DNA of 64,000 bases from Dipteris shenzhenensis (lineage: Eukaryota): NCBI GenBank assembly GCA_047967505.1, contig CM106538.1, one strand, 5' to 3'. A program made the position numbers and the translations under genes. A model generated the notes under the pieces. That model did not search any database and was not told the DNA's origin. It was given only the letters and a program-made list of their open reading frames with translations. Shown here piece after piece: positions 48,892 through 63,546 of this stretch. The stretch's first letter is position 1, and each line of letters starts with the position of its first letter.

Positions 48892-50445
48892 CTACATGAC
48901 AGTGCACGCATTTGGGTTCTCGTCGCTGAAGAGCTGTGGCGGGTACACGTATTCTGCAACGCTTCTGTATGCAGCGTACTCATACTTCTTCATCTCCATT
49001 TTGGTTTCATCGTCTTCTTTCTTGTCTTCCGGTTTTTCTTCTTTCTTCTCCTCGGCCTTCTCATCTTTTTTCTCCTCGCCTCCTTCCTTCTTCTCTTCCG
49101 TGGCACCCTCCTTTTTCTCTTCGGCTGGCTTCTCCTCCCCTTCTTTCTTTTCCTCCGCTGGCTTCTCCTCCCCTTCTTTCTTTTCCTCGGCCGGCTTCTC
49201 CTCCTTCTTTTCTTCGGCCGGCTTCTCCTCTTTCTTCTCTTCCTTCTCCTCTTCCTTTTTGGGCGGTGGTACTATTTCAAAGTGCTTGCCACATTTCTTT
49301 ACTTTATCGCACACTTTCTTAGCATCGACGTTTTTCCCTTTCACGGTAACCTTCTCGTTTCCTGAATCCACCTCGACGTGCTCGACACCTGTACATCGCA
49401 GCAAACTCATTTTCGTAAATTCTGATTTCTCAACAAGGCATTAATACGAATTTCAACACGCATCCAGTAGGTGAAAACAGTGAATTAACACTAAAACGGC
49501 AATCCATACACCGCTACGCAACCAATGCACAAACACCAACCACCAAACAGCCCTTTAAATTGTCTACCTTCCATTTTCGAGAGGCTCCTATGAATCTGCT
49601 TGGCGCATCCTCCACAGTGCATTTTCACTTTCAACTCCAGAATCGTCTCGGGAGGCTGCAATGCCGGAATCCGCAGAATAAGAATTATGTTACACGTAAA
49701 ACAGATCTGCAAACTGATTTCCATAAATCAACCCATAAACACTAAAACAAAGAGAGGCATCTCGGATTCAAAACATCCCAGATCGAATGCGTATCTTGGA
49801 AATCCAATTGATTTTCACCTCTTCTGGCTTCTTGTCGTCCTTTTTCTTCTCTTCTTCCTTCTTCTTTTCTTCCTCCAGCTTTTTCTTTTCTTCCTCCAGC
49901 TTTTTTAGGTCTGGGGAGAGCAATATCGTCCGCTTCCCACTCTTTTTCTTGACCGTCTCATAAACCTTCCTTACATCAACTTTGCCTTTCACGGTCACTT
50001 TCTGCTCCTTCAAATCGATGTCTATTCTCTCCAAACCTAGATCGCATTTGAAGAAATAGATTATAAGAAGTAGGGAAGCATTTGTCAGACTGCTAATGAA
50101 CTCGAGTAAGTTTCGCTCGCAGCAATCTCGAAGTGAAGTGCCCAATTCTTTACCTGGCAAGCCCCTCAAGGCCTTCCTGACTTTCTCCTTGCATCCTTCA
50201 CAATGCATATCAACCTTCAAAATGACTTTGTCGTCATCTTTGTTTTCCTTCTTCTCCTCCTGAGAAACAATCCACGGTAAAAAGAGATCTTAGCCTGCGT
50301 TGCAAAGAAGCTAGAGTCGCAGGACAACTAGTGAACTAAACACTAGATGAAGCTCGCAAACTCAAACCCACAACGTAACCCAAAGATTGAGACAAGAACA
50401 GAAGAATCAAAGAGAGATTTGTGGGACAGCAAATACCTCCGGCAT
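48892..50445 (-). CDS. Heavy-metal-associated isoprenylated plant protein (HIPP, two HMA domains), 305 aa; exons 50445-50437, 50259-50154, 50036-49819, 49655-49568, 49388-48892
   Basis: GT-AG-bounded exons total 918 nt and splice in frame: MPE / EEKK..LKVDMHCEGC / ..QKVTVKG.. / LKVKMHCGGC / ..EKVTVKG..PPQLFSDENPNACTVM*. It has two MHCxxC motifs and a C-terminal CaaX isoprenylation box. Confidence 0.95.
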
Positions 50446-52088
50446 TGCAGTGGTTAAAGAAACAGCTGGTGAAAGGTGGGATTGTGGAGAGGGGAAAAGA
50501 ACAACGAAGTCGAAAGTTTGGAAGGGAAGAGAAGTAAGGATTGGGTGGATGGGAGGATGGAGCTCCCGAGGAGAGGAGTGGAAAGGAAAAAAGAGGTGTA
50601 GAAAGTCCTAGAACCTGTTTTTGAAGAGCGGGCAAGATCCTATAGTGCACAGATAAAGTGAAGAAATTACCTCACAATCCTTTTGATATACACATATGAA
50701 AAACATTATGAATCAATACATGTGGATCTAGTATTCTGCACACAAAACCTTTTGGTATTGGTATGGGAATCAATCTATGTGGCATCTACTATTCCTCATT
50801 TTTTGAAACCTCTATACTTTTTTTTCCCATAGCTATAACCCTTTGAAAATTCCTTCCCTGCCCTTTCTCAAAGCATTTCTTATTATAATATGTCCACATT
50901 GTGCACAGTCCCTCAGCTCCGTTCCTTAAAGGTTTATCTAGTGGGGCAACCTTTCTATAAAGCTTTTGATTTTTGTCCTTCTTCTTTTCACGGAAGGCAT
51001 TAGTACTACTTTATCTTCATTTCTCTAGTTTTGATAATATTCCTTCTTTTTTATTGGAGACATGTGTCATACGTGCTTTGCCAGAGTTTGATAAGATATC
51101 ATATTTCGGTGGTTGCAGAGTAATTTCAGAGTGTACGTTATCACATGAGAGAAAGATTGAAATGCATGGGCCTCTACCTCATTCTAAGATCTATTATTGA
51201 GAGGTAAAGAATTTTATAAGTAAAACCATCAAGAGAGTCTATGTATATCATGTTGAAAGTGAATAATTTGGTCAAGAAAACTATAGCATGTACCCATTGA
51301 TTCAAAGTAAGTGCCAAGATATAATAACAATTCCAAGGCTAGAAATACATTTCCTCCAACCAAATAGACACACCATTCATTTGATGCAAAGTCTCAAATG
51401 AGCACTATACTTGAATCTCATTCCAATGTGTCTCATTTCAAGTTGACTAGGTTTTTGTGTGGAGGAGAATTCTTGTAATGTCCCTCTTTCTTAACAAATG
51501 GTCTATCTTTTGTTTACATGGGCACCATATAAAAAAGATTAGTATAGATGATTGGACCATTTGAACTTACCTTTACATTAAACGTGAAGTGATCTCAACT
51601 TTAAACATTTCCTCGTGCACAACCCTCTAATTTATCGAATCTCTTAGATTTATACATATTAGGCTTAAAAGGCTTCCACTCTACAAATATATGTAGCCTG
51701 AGTCTAATAAAACAGAGAAGTAAGCAATTTGTATGGAAGTTCTACCACAACCATTTTTACATCTACATGAATAATACTTTACTCAGTGCATATTTGACAA
51801 AGTATTTCCAATAATTAACTTTAATGTAAAGATTAATTTTTCTTATTTGCACATTAATATATCTAGCCTAGGCTTTATATGGCCATACTTTAATCCTACA
51901 TTATGGATACTCCATCTTCTCCTTCTTGACATTGGTTTTTTAAGGTATCCTCCCCACCACCGTCTCCCTTTCTTACCTTGAAAAAGCGTTAATAAGGCAA
52001 TAATTCACATCTTTTGGAAAAGTAATGATGTGTAAAGTTATCGAAAAGAGAGAGTACAATATTGGAATTCTGAACCTACCAACTTTGG

Positions 52089-52542
52089 CCAAATTTTCAA
52101 TATCCATCATTTTTTTATGATTTCTTTTCTTTTTTCCCAAATAACCCCAAAGTCTTATTTAAGAGTACATAGGGAAGCCAAACTTACATATTTCATCACA
52201 TAGTTCTGCCAAAAGACTAGCTCTTAATTAAGCAAACAAACAATTGGAGGGGCTGGAGAATATGTAGCCCTAAGACATGTTTTCAAACAAGGGTTTCTTA
52301 AATCTAGAAAACTAGCATAGTCTTTCATATAGTTTTTTTATAATAAAAAAAGAGAAGGGGATATAATTGCTTATATGTATGTAGGGGTCTTATTAATATT
52401 ATTGCTTGAATGCTCATCTTTATAGGTTTTCTAGTAGTGCACCCTTTGCCAAATTTGCAATATCCATCAATTTTTTATGATTACCTTTCTTTTTTGCCAA
52501 ATAACCCCAAAGTCTTATTTAAGAGTACATAGGGAGGCCAAA
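52089..52542 (+). repeat. ~95-bp direct repeat pair (52089-52181 and 52449-52542)
   Basis: CCAAATAACCCCAAAGTCTTATTTAAGAGTACATAGGGA.GCCAAA and its upstream flank are shared. Confidence 0.85.
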
Positions 52543-55500
52543 ATTAAGCCTGATAATTCTGAGGATGATGGTGAAGCTATAGTAGTCCCTATTAGTCATT
52601 GTAAAAGTCATGTTGTTATTACATTTAACTCACGAGATTTAAGACTTAGGATCCATCACTCACAAATCTTCTTTTTATATAGTGTAACATTTGCTTTTGA
52701 GTAGCTTGATTTTTGTACCTTGCATAGGGTGTCTTACATACAATGAGCATCTTTGAACACTTTGCAATAATAATTGGGGACTAAAATCTCCCTGAAAGCT
52801 CTTGGATTCAATACTTTGTCAAAGAAGCATTCCTCCACATAGATTGATACCTACTATCTTTCAAACATCTCTCTTTTACCTTGATAGGATTTGAGACCCC
52901 CCACGATCATGTTAGGTTAAATTGGTTCAAGGACTAATTACAAGCCTTAAAACCTCCTAAGTAGATCTCATATTCTACAATGATGGTAATGATATTTTGT
53001 CAGTATTGATAAAGACATTAACTTATTTTGTTAACCTAGAAATACTTTTGACGTTTTAAACAAAGAATGCTCATGCTACTTGAGATTTTAAACAAAGAAT
53101 GCTCGTGCTACTTGGCATTACTTGATGGCCTCAACAAACCTATTGCTTGTAATGACACATTCAACATCAATAAATTCAATATACCATAGGTTAATCTAAT
53201 ATTACCCATGAAAATATTAAATTCATCTAATATTATACATTCCATAGGTTAATCTAATATTACCCATGGCAATCTTAAATTCATCAAAATTATTTGGTAT
53301 ATTATCGATGTTTCATGCCCATTCGGCATGATCTATTTGTTCTGATGATAATATTATTCCATTTTTTCATCTTAAAAATTTTGTATAAATTTGGCTAGAA
53401 ATTGTTATGACTAAATTAGTAGTTATTTCTAGTACATGCTATTTTGATCTAATTCAATATTGGATATACATATCACTATGTAACACGACCCGAGCATGAC
53501 TTTTCATTTCTAAAGCATGTAAGAATTCCCCCTAAGAAAGATGAAGTTATTGATTTTCACAATTGAATATTGAGGAGAGATTCTTGACCCTTTATCTTAA
53601 AGTGTAGTTAGATTGTGGATTTCATTGACCTATAAATCTTAAGCGATTAAGTTTGGAGAGATAGCCGCACAAGATATAAAATCAAATCTAATGAAATTGT
53701 GGTGATGGCTTTAGATAGTGAATTGAAAAATAATAATATTTTGAATATTTAACGACGTGTTCAAGGGATGTTATGAAATTCATTGGAGATATGATAACAA
53801 GACACCAGATACTAAAAACATGAATAAGCAACCATCATTCAAAAGTAATAGCATAAGAATAACTAGAAATGAACACAAAATAAATTACAATATAGATGTC
53901 GAGATTCTCTTGCTACATTAAGGAAGTTGAAATTTGGGCCACACTTTATGGGCACCATGTCCATTTGAATTATTGTTAAATGAGCAACATACCTTGAAGA
54001 AAACAAGTGTTATCAAAGTTACTAAGGTTTAAGTAGAGATGCTTCTTTTTCCTTTAGTTGTGTCACTTTGAAGGTTTCTAAGGAGTCTATTGTAGGTGTA
54101 GGGGTGGTTTTAGGTATAGAAAGCTTATTGCACACAATAGTTTAAAGTGAATATTTGTTGACCTGCTTGAATTATCGATGATGTGCCTCCAAAGATGTGA
54201 AGATAAATAGAGGAAGAAGCAAAATATTTTGGGGAGTCAAACATAGTAGAATCTTTAGCAAACATGTTTTCTCTAGTAGCAAACGTATCTACTCAATATT
54301 GGATTACATGCAAACTTGCTACATAAATTTGGTGTGGCTACATGCAAACCTTTGAGAATATTGGATAAATAGTGACTTAGTCTGATGTGTGAAGTCGCTA
54401 CATATCTTTAGTGTGGCTACATGCAAATCCTTGAGAAACATTAAGAATATTGGATAAGTAGTAACCTAGAAGTTGATTAGTAAAATGAGTAAGAGAACTA
54501 AAAGGCAAAAAGTAGAAACATTAGGCAAAATGTGAAAATGACACAATAGTGATCACAATATAGACATTAGGCATGTTTAAACTTTCATAAGTTTATGTGA
54601 AAGCTCATAAAAAATTCATGGGGGTATTTTGACATACTAGCTATTGCATATTTATTATATGATGTGACCAAATAAGGAATAAGCTACCTAGTAGGTCTTT
54701 TCCCTATCTATTAGCAAATTTCCACACTTGGATTGTTCATTGTCTTGAGAGCCATTCCCTTTTGCCAACCAAAAAATTGCAAAGCGAACCTTGCAAGATT
54801 ATAATGCTAAGCATTGGTATATAGATGCTAGGCCATGCATCATTTGGTAGTTCTAGTACTACTTGTATGAAAAATGCAGTTTATTTAAAGAGAAAATAAA
54901 TTTTAGTTGAATTTTCTTTACTTGTTGGGATTTAAAACAATGGGGAAAATCCATCTCTTATTTGTCCACCCAAGATCAAAAGGATATATAGCGTATAATG
55001 CTTCTTGAGCAATTTCATCAGGCATGAGATTTCATGAATCTAGAATGGTAGTCACCTAATGATGAAGAAGCAACTCAGAAGGAATGTGTGATTAGTACCT
55101 CCATAGTCTAATAAAGTTGTGCTTTGGCTCAAAGGATCATTGTAAAAAATTATAATACTAGCATGCGTTCAATATTAGGGTCTTTCTTAATGCTACTTTC
55201 ACAAAAAGTTTATGCGTTAGGGTTAACTTATTATAGTTGGAAAAATCTTATATACAAATACTTGGAAGAACATTTGTAAGTACTAGATGGTTTTAAAAGG
55301 TAACACCTTCAAGGCACTTGGTATAACATATTGAACCCACTAAGACCTTGATGCAAGACTTGTGTTGTTGAATCCTAGACTAACTTTACATCCCTAAGTT
55401 CTAATTGGTGTTTTCAAAAGTCACATACAAAGAACTAGCTACACTGTTAAGCAGTTCCCTGGAAGCTTCAATTCGTTTACTGACATCAGCGATGCACTCA

Positions 55501-58500
55501 ACTCATTAACTTGTAATTGGAACACTATGCCAAAAAAGAAATGAAGTGGCTAGTAAATCCATGCCATACTTACTACATACCAAGCAAAGCATTAATGGTA
55601 ACTTAGCAAGTGTTGAAATAAAAGAATATTTGATGACACCACAAATAACTTTAAGAAAGAGTGAGGAATGTTGAAATATTCATGTAGGATGAAGGAAAAA
55701 TATGTTATGCCTTTCCTTACAACTATGGAAGAGGTGTAATATCTCTAGCCCTAAGGGGTAGAGAATGGAGCTACCATGAAGAATGGGATGGCCAATCTTA
55801 TGTAGTATCCAAAACTAGTTGCATTTCTTAGACATGCATAAAATTGTATTGATGTTGTTTTATAACTTTACTAACATGGGTGGCTAAATTGTTTTTATAT
55901 TTAATTCCAAAAGTGTTGGTGTTGGCAAGACAATTCCCCTTTATAAGAGGAAAATTAAAGGTTATTTATTCCAAATTTTGGAATAGGTTTAAATTAGTTT
56001 TGGGAAGTGAGGGGCACACTTATTTATGTATTTGGCAAAATCCATAGAATGTAGCAGTTTATTATCCAAAATAAGTAAGATATTACAATGTGATAATAGG
56101 TTACACAAGATTCAAAGAGCTCGAGACATTAACTAATATATAGGCTTAGAAGTGCCTCTTTCCTAAATGTGATGTAGCCAACCAATATGTGGCTTTACTT
56201 AATATATTGTACTAATGTGTAATCAAACTGTGTAATCAAACTTTAAATAGTTATAAACTATTAGTTATCTGATTAGAAACAAAAGTAGTATGCATATGAA
56301 ACCGAATCTAAAGTAACAATATAGATAACAGGAAAAGGTTGCTCGAATGCCAAGTCAACCCATTTAGGATCCCAAGAGATCACTAAATGCATAACTTTTT
56401 TGACATATAATCCAAATACCCATCATAGAAGGGAAAATATGGAGATCTATAGTTAGGAAAGATGTAATATCACTATATGTAAACTTTTCACTAGTCCACA
56501 TATGCCATTGTGGAAAGTGAAATAGGGGAGGATGCACCTTCCATTTTGAAAGGTATCTTAGGAAAGTGGTAAAGGAGGCTACAAATGTAGATGCAATAAT
56601 TGAAATCAAGAAGGTATTGTGTAAATATTATAATCCTTGAAGGGAGCAATCCTAGGGCATCTTAACCTATTTTTTCTAGTATGAGGTAGTGTGACAAATC
56701 AACAAAATTGGGATGCTCCTTTGGGATTTGTGATGGCCCGTACATTTCTTTCCCATGTTCCCTCTTCTTTTCTATCCACCTTTTCTTTTAGCACGTATCA
56801 TGTTTTCTTAGCACTTATTCTTTTTCGTATAGGTGGATTTGCTTTTGCATAGGCATGTGACGTGAAGAAATTCAGGTGGAGTGAGTGGGAGGAAAATGCA
56901 TTGGACAAGGGGTTTGGGATACGTTGAGGAGGAGGATAAGGGGACAAAATAGATGGCAAGGGCATGATATAAGAGGGACAAATTTATGGGGAGAGGCAAA
57001 GAAATGTAAATAAATAGGGGGGAGGGGGATATATGTGATTAGGACAAGATGAAATGTGACCACATAATGGAAGAAGAGAGGATATGGGAGGGCCCAGGTA
57101 GGAGGCTATTCAATAAAGCAAATTGAATTGGAGAGGATACTCTAAGCTACCAGGTCAGGTGTCACATCCAATAGAAGTGCTCACATGCTCCTCATGCTTT
57201 CCCTATTATTTATTTCTCAGATATCCCTTGCTTATACCATAGATTGGGGCCTGATTTTTTGAAGTTCCCCCTCACACGTATGATAATGTGATTCCCTCGA
57301 ATTGTAGATATAGTCCTTAACCTTTTCAAGCCATTTCTTAATCTTTTTTGGCCATTGCTTACCAATTCTTGGGATTTGTTTTGTTTGGATTCTAGCACAA
57401 CGGGAGTGGTTTTAGCCGTTGCTTGCACTTTTGCTAGGCAATTCCTTCCCATTTTTTGGGCCTTTCCATACATATATGGGTTGCTTGCACCTGTGCTTTC
57501 ATTATCTATTGTTATCTCTTGCTTTGGATTTGGGACTATATATTGCTACTTAGCAGCTTTCTGCAACGACCCGCATGATTATATGTTTATTAATGTTACC
57601 CTTTGGCTTGGTTCTGATCATCGGCGACTGATTTGGACAGTTCAACGCATATCTTATGGTTTGTGCTGCATTATTTATTGATATCCCATGTTTTCGACAT
57701 GGCTGCTTCTGCAGTATTGATTGATATCCCATGCTAAGGTTTGAATCTTTAGCATCGGCGACTGAATTATGCAGAATTGATTGACTCTTGTTTTGTTATC
57801 CAACTGTCCAGTGCTTTGGACATTAGCATCGGAGACTGTTAACTTTGGCAGTTCAACGTATACCTCATGCTTGCTGCCTTGTTAAATCGCTATCGGCCCG
57901 GAGTAGTTCCATTTCGCTTAAACTTTTGTTGCTATGGCCGGCCCGAGTAATTCCATTTCGCTTAGAATTTTGTTGCTATGGAGCTTCCAGGACTGGTTTT
58001 GGGTATTCACCGCGTGTAGTGCTATTTCATAGCAATGGGGACTGCTCTTGGCAGTTGCCCACACCTGTTTCTCGTTCTATTTAAAATGCTATCCCTTGCT
58101 CTAGACCTTAGCATCGGCGTTTGGAATCTATAACGTACCGCAAAAAACTGCCCACAAAAGCATACGCGGAAAAGTAACGAGCGTTGGTTCATGACACCGA
58201 TGCTTGCCTACTCCTATTGCGTAATTTGCGTCTGGCAAGGCTCTTTTAAGAGTAAAATTTCTGAATTCCCCCCTGGCTGCGTGCGCGTGTGAAAAATAAG
58301 GGAATTTGCCCCGTACACGCCCACATGTGCTCGCTGTACAATGCTAGCCAAAGTTGCAATCATTCTCGCAAGAAAACCGACCTCTTCCTGCAAAATGCCA
58401 GCCTTCGCTTAATCATAGCTGATTCTTTAGTCGCCTGTCATGAGCCATCGTACGGTATTTTGGCTTCAGCAGTGACCTCTTATATCCCGTCTTCGGCTGT

Positions 58501-61500
58501 GTGAGGTTGAGCTTAAGCAAATAGATAATTGGCATCTTGGTTTCACTGAGATTCATTCGTCCTTGTTTATTGATTGTGCTTTGACGTTGTGCTGGCCTTG
58601 TAAATTGTGGTTTGACGTTGATTGGACTCCCAATCTGCCTTTTCGATGTCCTGTACCAACACGGGCTTATAATAAAGACTCGTGATAAGGGGGCATACAC
58701 TAATTAGCTGTGCACTCTTAATCGTGATTCGTGAATCGTCAGGTGTTTACCATCCCGCACTGGGCGCACTCCATTCGAAGCCCAAAACTACGATTATTGG
58801 GCTGCTGTGCTGTGCTGTGCTGTGCTGAGCACGTTGAAAGTTGAAACGCCGATGTTCTCAGTCTTCAGGATCAGTCTCTTTCATGGCATGTACATCATGA
58901 TGCCGTGTTCCTCCGTGGCACTCTACGAAAAACAGGCATTTAGCAGTGTCTTTGCTATGATCTTTTGCAGCTCTTTTCGACTGGCTTTGTGCTGGTCGAC
59001 CCTTCCAAGTCGAACTCCTAAGATTTTTCCGTCACCGCCTGAAGATTCGTTACAACTAACATGGTGCTAAACATTGTTTGTGCAGCAGTTTCGAGGAAAA
59101 CCCCAACGCCAGCAACTAAGAACATGAACATTTAAGGAAAATTGACTCCAAAGCATCCAACAACTAAGAGCATACCAACAAAGAAAACGAGGAAAATCCT
59201 TTGGAGATTATGTAAGGTCATTGGACTAAGGAGAGAACTCGTAGAACTTTGCTGTAACCTCTAGAATGGATACGCTCCCGAGAGCTATGAAGAATAAAAG
59301 CATGAAGCAGTTGAAAATAACTCCTTCCGAATCGGGTTTCTTTGGAAATCTTCATAGAAAGTCTACATAGCCTCTATGTGCATCTAAATCTAGTGTGACC
59401 ATTACTTAATAGATTCTCATCTTCTTTCGTTCATTTGTTGATCAAATTCAATATTTTTGTTTTTGTCACGGAGCACACATGTGTGACACAAAACACAATC
59501 TTAACCCTTTTATTTAAGATTTTTTTTAAAGAGAAAAAAGGGAAATTTTAGATTTATAAACATGAGAGATGAAATAGAAGAATCGAGATTTCTGTTTCTT
59601 GTACCAATGCTCAAGCACAAGATCAAGGCAACGACAAGAGTATGGTGAAGTCCAAATGGTGGAGTATTTTTCAATCAATACATTTTTGCCTTTCCTTATA
59701 CAATTCTTAGCATTATCTATGATGACCTTGATTAAATTATCAACCCATTGAGATTCCTTTATTTAAATCTATAGCAATGTATTCACCATCTTACTATATC
59801 TGCTCATGTTAATAAACTTATGAAAAGCCTCACCTTTGAAAGTGACAACCATGATGCATCTCTAGTTCCATCTTGTCATAATAACTATCCAACCTTTCAT
59901 TGTGAATAGCATTAGAAGATGGCATTGTCAGGCCAAGGTTGGCCCTTCAAAATGCCATGGATTAAATGGTCCATTATATGCTTTGTATCAAGCCTATAGG
60001 ACACTCAGATAGCCTCAAAATGTCTTGTTTTACCTACTCATTCTATCATAATTTGAAAATCTTACCTAGCAATTATTAGTCATCTCATGCTTGCGAGCAA
60101 GATGTAGTGTTGCATTCAACAGGCATATTAGTGGTTTGTTCAATAACGGGAGTGGCCACAAAGTTGCTCTACAATGCCAATGGTCAAAGGTCTTGCATTG
60201 ATTGTGTAGCTAGGTCCAAACACACTTCTACATCGCCCTGAGATTCTTGATGTAGTATTATATCATCAACAAAACTTTCCAAGGTCTATCTCTTATTAGC
60301 CAGGGCTTCGATATTACTACCTCCATTTTGGATCCCAACACCTTCAAAACTACTTGACAGGGTCATTTAAGAAATGTGAATAAATTATGACAATAGTAGC
60401 AAGTCCATGAGTTTGTCCACTTGAAGTAATGCATTTATGATTCAAGTTTGGATTATGACTATGTCCCTTTAGTGCCATGATGGGTCATTGTTTGCTTGAC
60501 TGTAGCCATTTTTGGTAAGGTTCAGGAACTTTTCTATATATAGCTACCTTGCATGACCCATAACTTATGCATTATTGCTCGACGAAATTCGGCAAACTTT
60601 GTCTTCAAGTTGTAGTACATACTCCAAACTTAAACATGAGAGAAGCATTACAAGTGCTATGTTGCATGTGAAGCAGGCATCCTGAAGACTATAGGATATA
60701 GCAATTTATTCAAAAACATCAAAATTTTGTTCTATAAATACATGCAACCAAGTAATCATTCTAAAGTGCATTACATGAGCTTCTCCTCAACTATACTTTT
60801 GCAACATCTGCGAAGGGAGAAATAACGAGAAGAAAAAAGACTCCTTGCAGAGCAGCAGCAAGAAGTAGTTGCAGATGCACGCATTCGATCATTGCCATCG
60901 GAGCGAAGAACACGAGCTGTGGTGTCACGATTGGTGGGAGCATTCGAGGCAGCAACTTCAGGCCATTTAGGTGATTACCAATCTCGAGTCTTCATAAGCT
61001 TTACCCTAAAGTTCATAGAGTAACAACCCTACCACCACCTTGGGAGATGCACACCCAAGAGGCGATGCTCTCTAACTTGAGAAATGGCCTACAGAAAGTG
61101 AAAGGGGTGCACAGCTTAGATCAACTAGCTGCAAAGAGGGCGACATTAGCTATGTTGGTGTCCCCTAAAACAATGGAGAAACGGCTTGGGTGCACAATGT
61201 CGAAGATGTTATCAATGAGAAGGCTCCAGCGGGGTTGAATGTAGAGCAGAAGCAATGCACGATCATCCCGATCTGAGAAGTCTATGGGCTTTAATAAAAC
61301 GCAAGAAAAGGAGAGACAGCCTAAGTGCAGAAGTCATTGCTACAGTGACGATGTTTTGGCACGAAAATATGAGAGTTTCTCTAAATAGGACATCTGTAAG
61401 AAGCAGATGGGACACAAGGTGTTTGAGGAGCACATCATACACATACTAGATACAATTGAGCTTTGGGATGGTATACTTGTTTCATTTCTTAAACTAGGCT

Positions 61501-61509
61501 TGGACTAAA

Positions 61510-62725
61510 TATGATTGTCCTAAACCAGCCTGGTGGTTGGAACATCATGCCACTGTAGGCTCAATCGCCAGTTATGTGATTGTCCTGAACCAACGTGGTT
61601 GAACAGACATTAGTTGTTGTCCAGCCCGATGGCATGGTTGAGCAAAAATTAACAGCAATATATTTCACAATATATTCTTATTTTACTAAACCAACCTGAT
61701 GGTTGGAACATCATGCGACTGTGGTTGCTTCAGCTCAATTACCAGTTATGTGATTGTCCTGAACAAGCATGGTTAAATAGACATTAGTTATTGACCAGCC
61801 CGATGGTTGAAATTATTGTGTTTCTTAGTACTTGAATTCATTAAATTTAATTTCCTACTATTCAGGTCATATATTACTTAAATTGTGGAATTCAAAAATG
61901 AAAAGAAATATATTGCTATTTTCTAATGGTGAAATTCATAAATGAAAAGCAATATACTTGTTATCGTCTAATATGTGAAGTTGAGACCGTCGGGCTAAAC
62001 CATCCCAATGGCTGAAACTATGACAGTGTCCTAAACCATCTCGGTGGTTGAAATTGTGACTGTTCTAAACATGTCCTAAACTAGCTCGATGGTTGGACAT
62101 GCAACCATGGCTGCTTCAACTCAATCACTAGTTATGTGATTGTCATGAACCAGTGTGGTTGAATAGACATTAGTTTATTGACCAGCCCGATGGTTGAAAT
62201 TATTATGTTTCTTAGTACTTAAATTTGTTAAATTTAATTTCATGATATTCAGGTTATATACCACTGTTAAATTGTGGAATTCAGAAATGAAAAGCAATAT
62301 ATTGTTATTTTCTAATGGTGAAATTCAAAAATGAAAAGCAATATACTTGTTATTGTCTAATATGTGAAGTTGAGACCGTCAGGCTAAACCATCCCAGTGG
62401 TTGAAATTGTGACAGTGTCCTAAACCATCTCGGGGGTGGAAATTGTGATTGTCCTAAACGTGTCCTAAACCAACCCAGTGGTTGATTGTCCTAAACATGT
62501 CCTATGTATTGCAAGGGAGGGCAGGTTTTGTAGCTTGAGGTCTCTATGGGAGCCAATGGTTTGCCCAAAGGGAGACCGTGAGTGGCATAGGATCTCGGGG
62601 GTGGAAATTGTGACTATCCTAAATGTGCCCTAAACCAACCCGGTGGTTGATTATCCTAAACATGTCCTAAACCAGCCCGGTGATTGAAATTGTGACTGTC
62701 CTAAACCAGTGTGGTGGTTGAAAAT
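61510..62725 (+). repeat. Intronic minisatellite (~34-bp unit GTCCTAAACCANNNNGGTGGTTGAAATTGTGACT) plus a ~386-bp duplication
   Basis: Many variants of AACCA-N5/6-TGGTT; blocks starting at ~61745 and ~62131 are near-identical. Confidence 0.85.
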
Positions 62726-63100
62726 TTTTTCTTCATTATATACTTTAATTAGAGTGTGTTTTGTATTCTTTTAGTAGTAGAAAAAAGGGGGCTTAATGTT
62801 CTCTTGTTCCTGCATGTTGGGTCAACAGATGGAGTTGTATCTCAAGTTTGTGAATCAGAATCTAGACAAATCAATTGGGCAGAGGAGCTTTGAGCATTGT
62901 AAGCCCTAGTACGTCAGGAAACTCAAAGACATGAATGTTTATTGTTGTAAAACACACATAGACTTTGACCTGGTCCGACAAGCTATGAATGACTTGAGAT
63001 CTGATCGTGTTAGAGCATTGAACCATGGGGATCGATGCCCATGCCTCCCCAATGAATGCGCAGTTTGTAGGCCACCTGGATCCTCATCATGTATTGCAAG

Positions 63101-63546
63101 CCCGGGGGATTCACAAGAGGAAACTTATGATATCACATGAGTGTACAATAGGGGGTTTTTTTTAAATGAGGCATAAGCTTATACATTAGGGGTGGGGGGC
63201 CTTTTATTTTTTCCCAATATTGAATTTAAGTTAGGGGGGCCATGCCATATTTAAGAGGGGGGGACATAGTATAGGCTACCTTGGGTGACTAGTCCAAACA
63301 AGTTTGGTTTTGTGTATGGTTTTAAATCGTCATAGGGAAAGTAATCTAAATTTGCTTATTGTGTGATCTAAATGCTTGAGAAAGAACGTAGATTTAAGGA
63401 AAGGGTGGACATAATAGAATTTTGGTGGTATCTTATAAGCTTAAATAGGCTGTTTTATCATCCTACATGGATCTTAAATAGGGGGTTTTCTTGAAGTTCA
63501 TGCACGCAGGTGACGTCCCCCTTTCATGAAGAGTGAATCCCCTGGG
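63101..63546. mobile_element. 446-bp MITE, 14-bp TIR CCC(A/G)GGGGATTCAC, 8-bp TSD ATTGCAAG
   Basis: TIRs at 63101-63114 and 63533-63546 (13/14 match); ATTGCAAG at 63093-63100 and 63547-63554; uninterrupted paralogous site at 62508-62515. Confidence 0.92.

Noticed and set aside
48805-49444. Three plus-strand ORFs rich in Phe/Leu/Ser
   Set aside because: Antisense shadows of the Glu/Lys-rich HIPP exon.
61510-62725. CRISPR-like appearance of ~34-bp dyad repeats
   Set aside because: Units are head-to-tail without unique spacers; a minisatellite.
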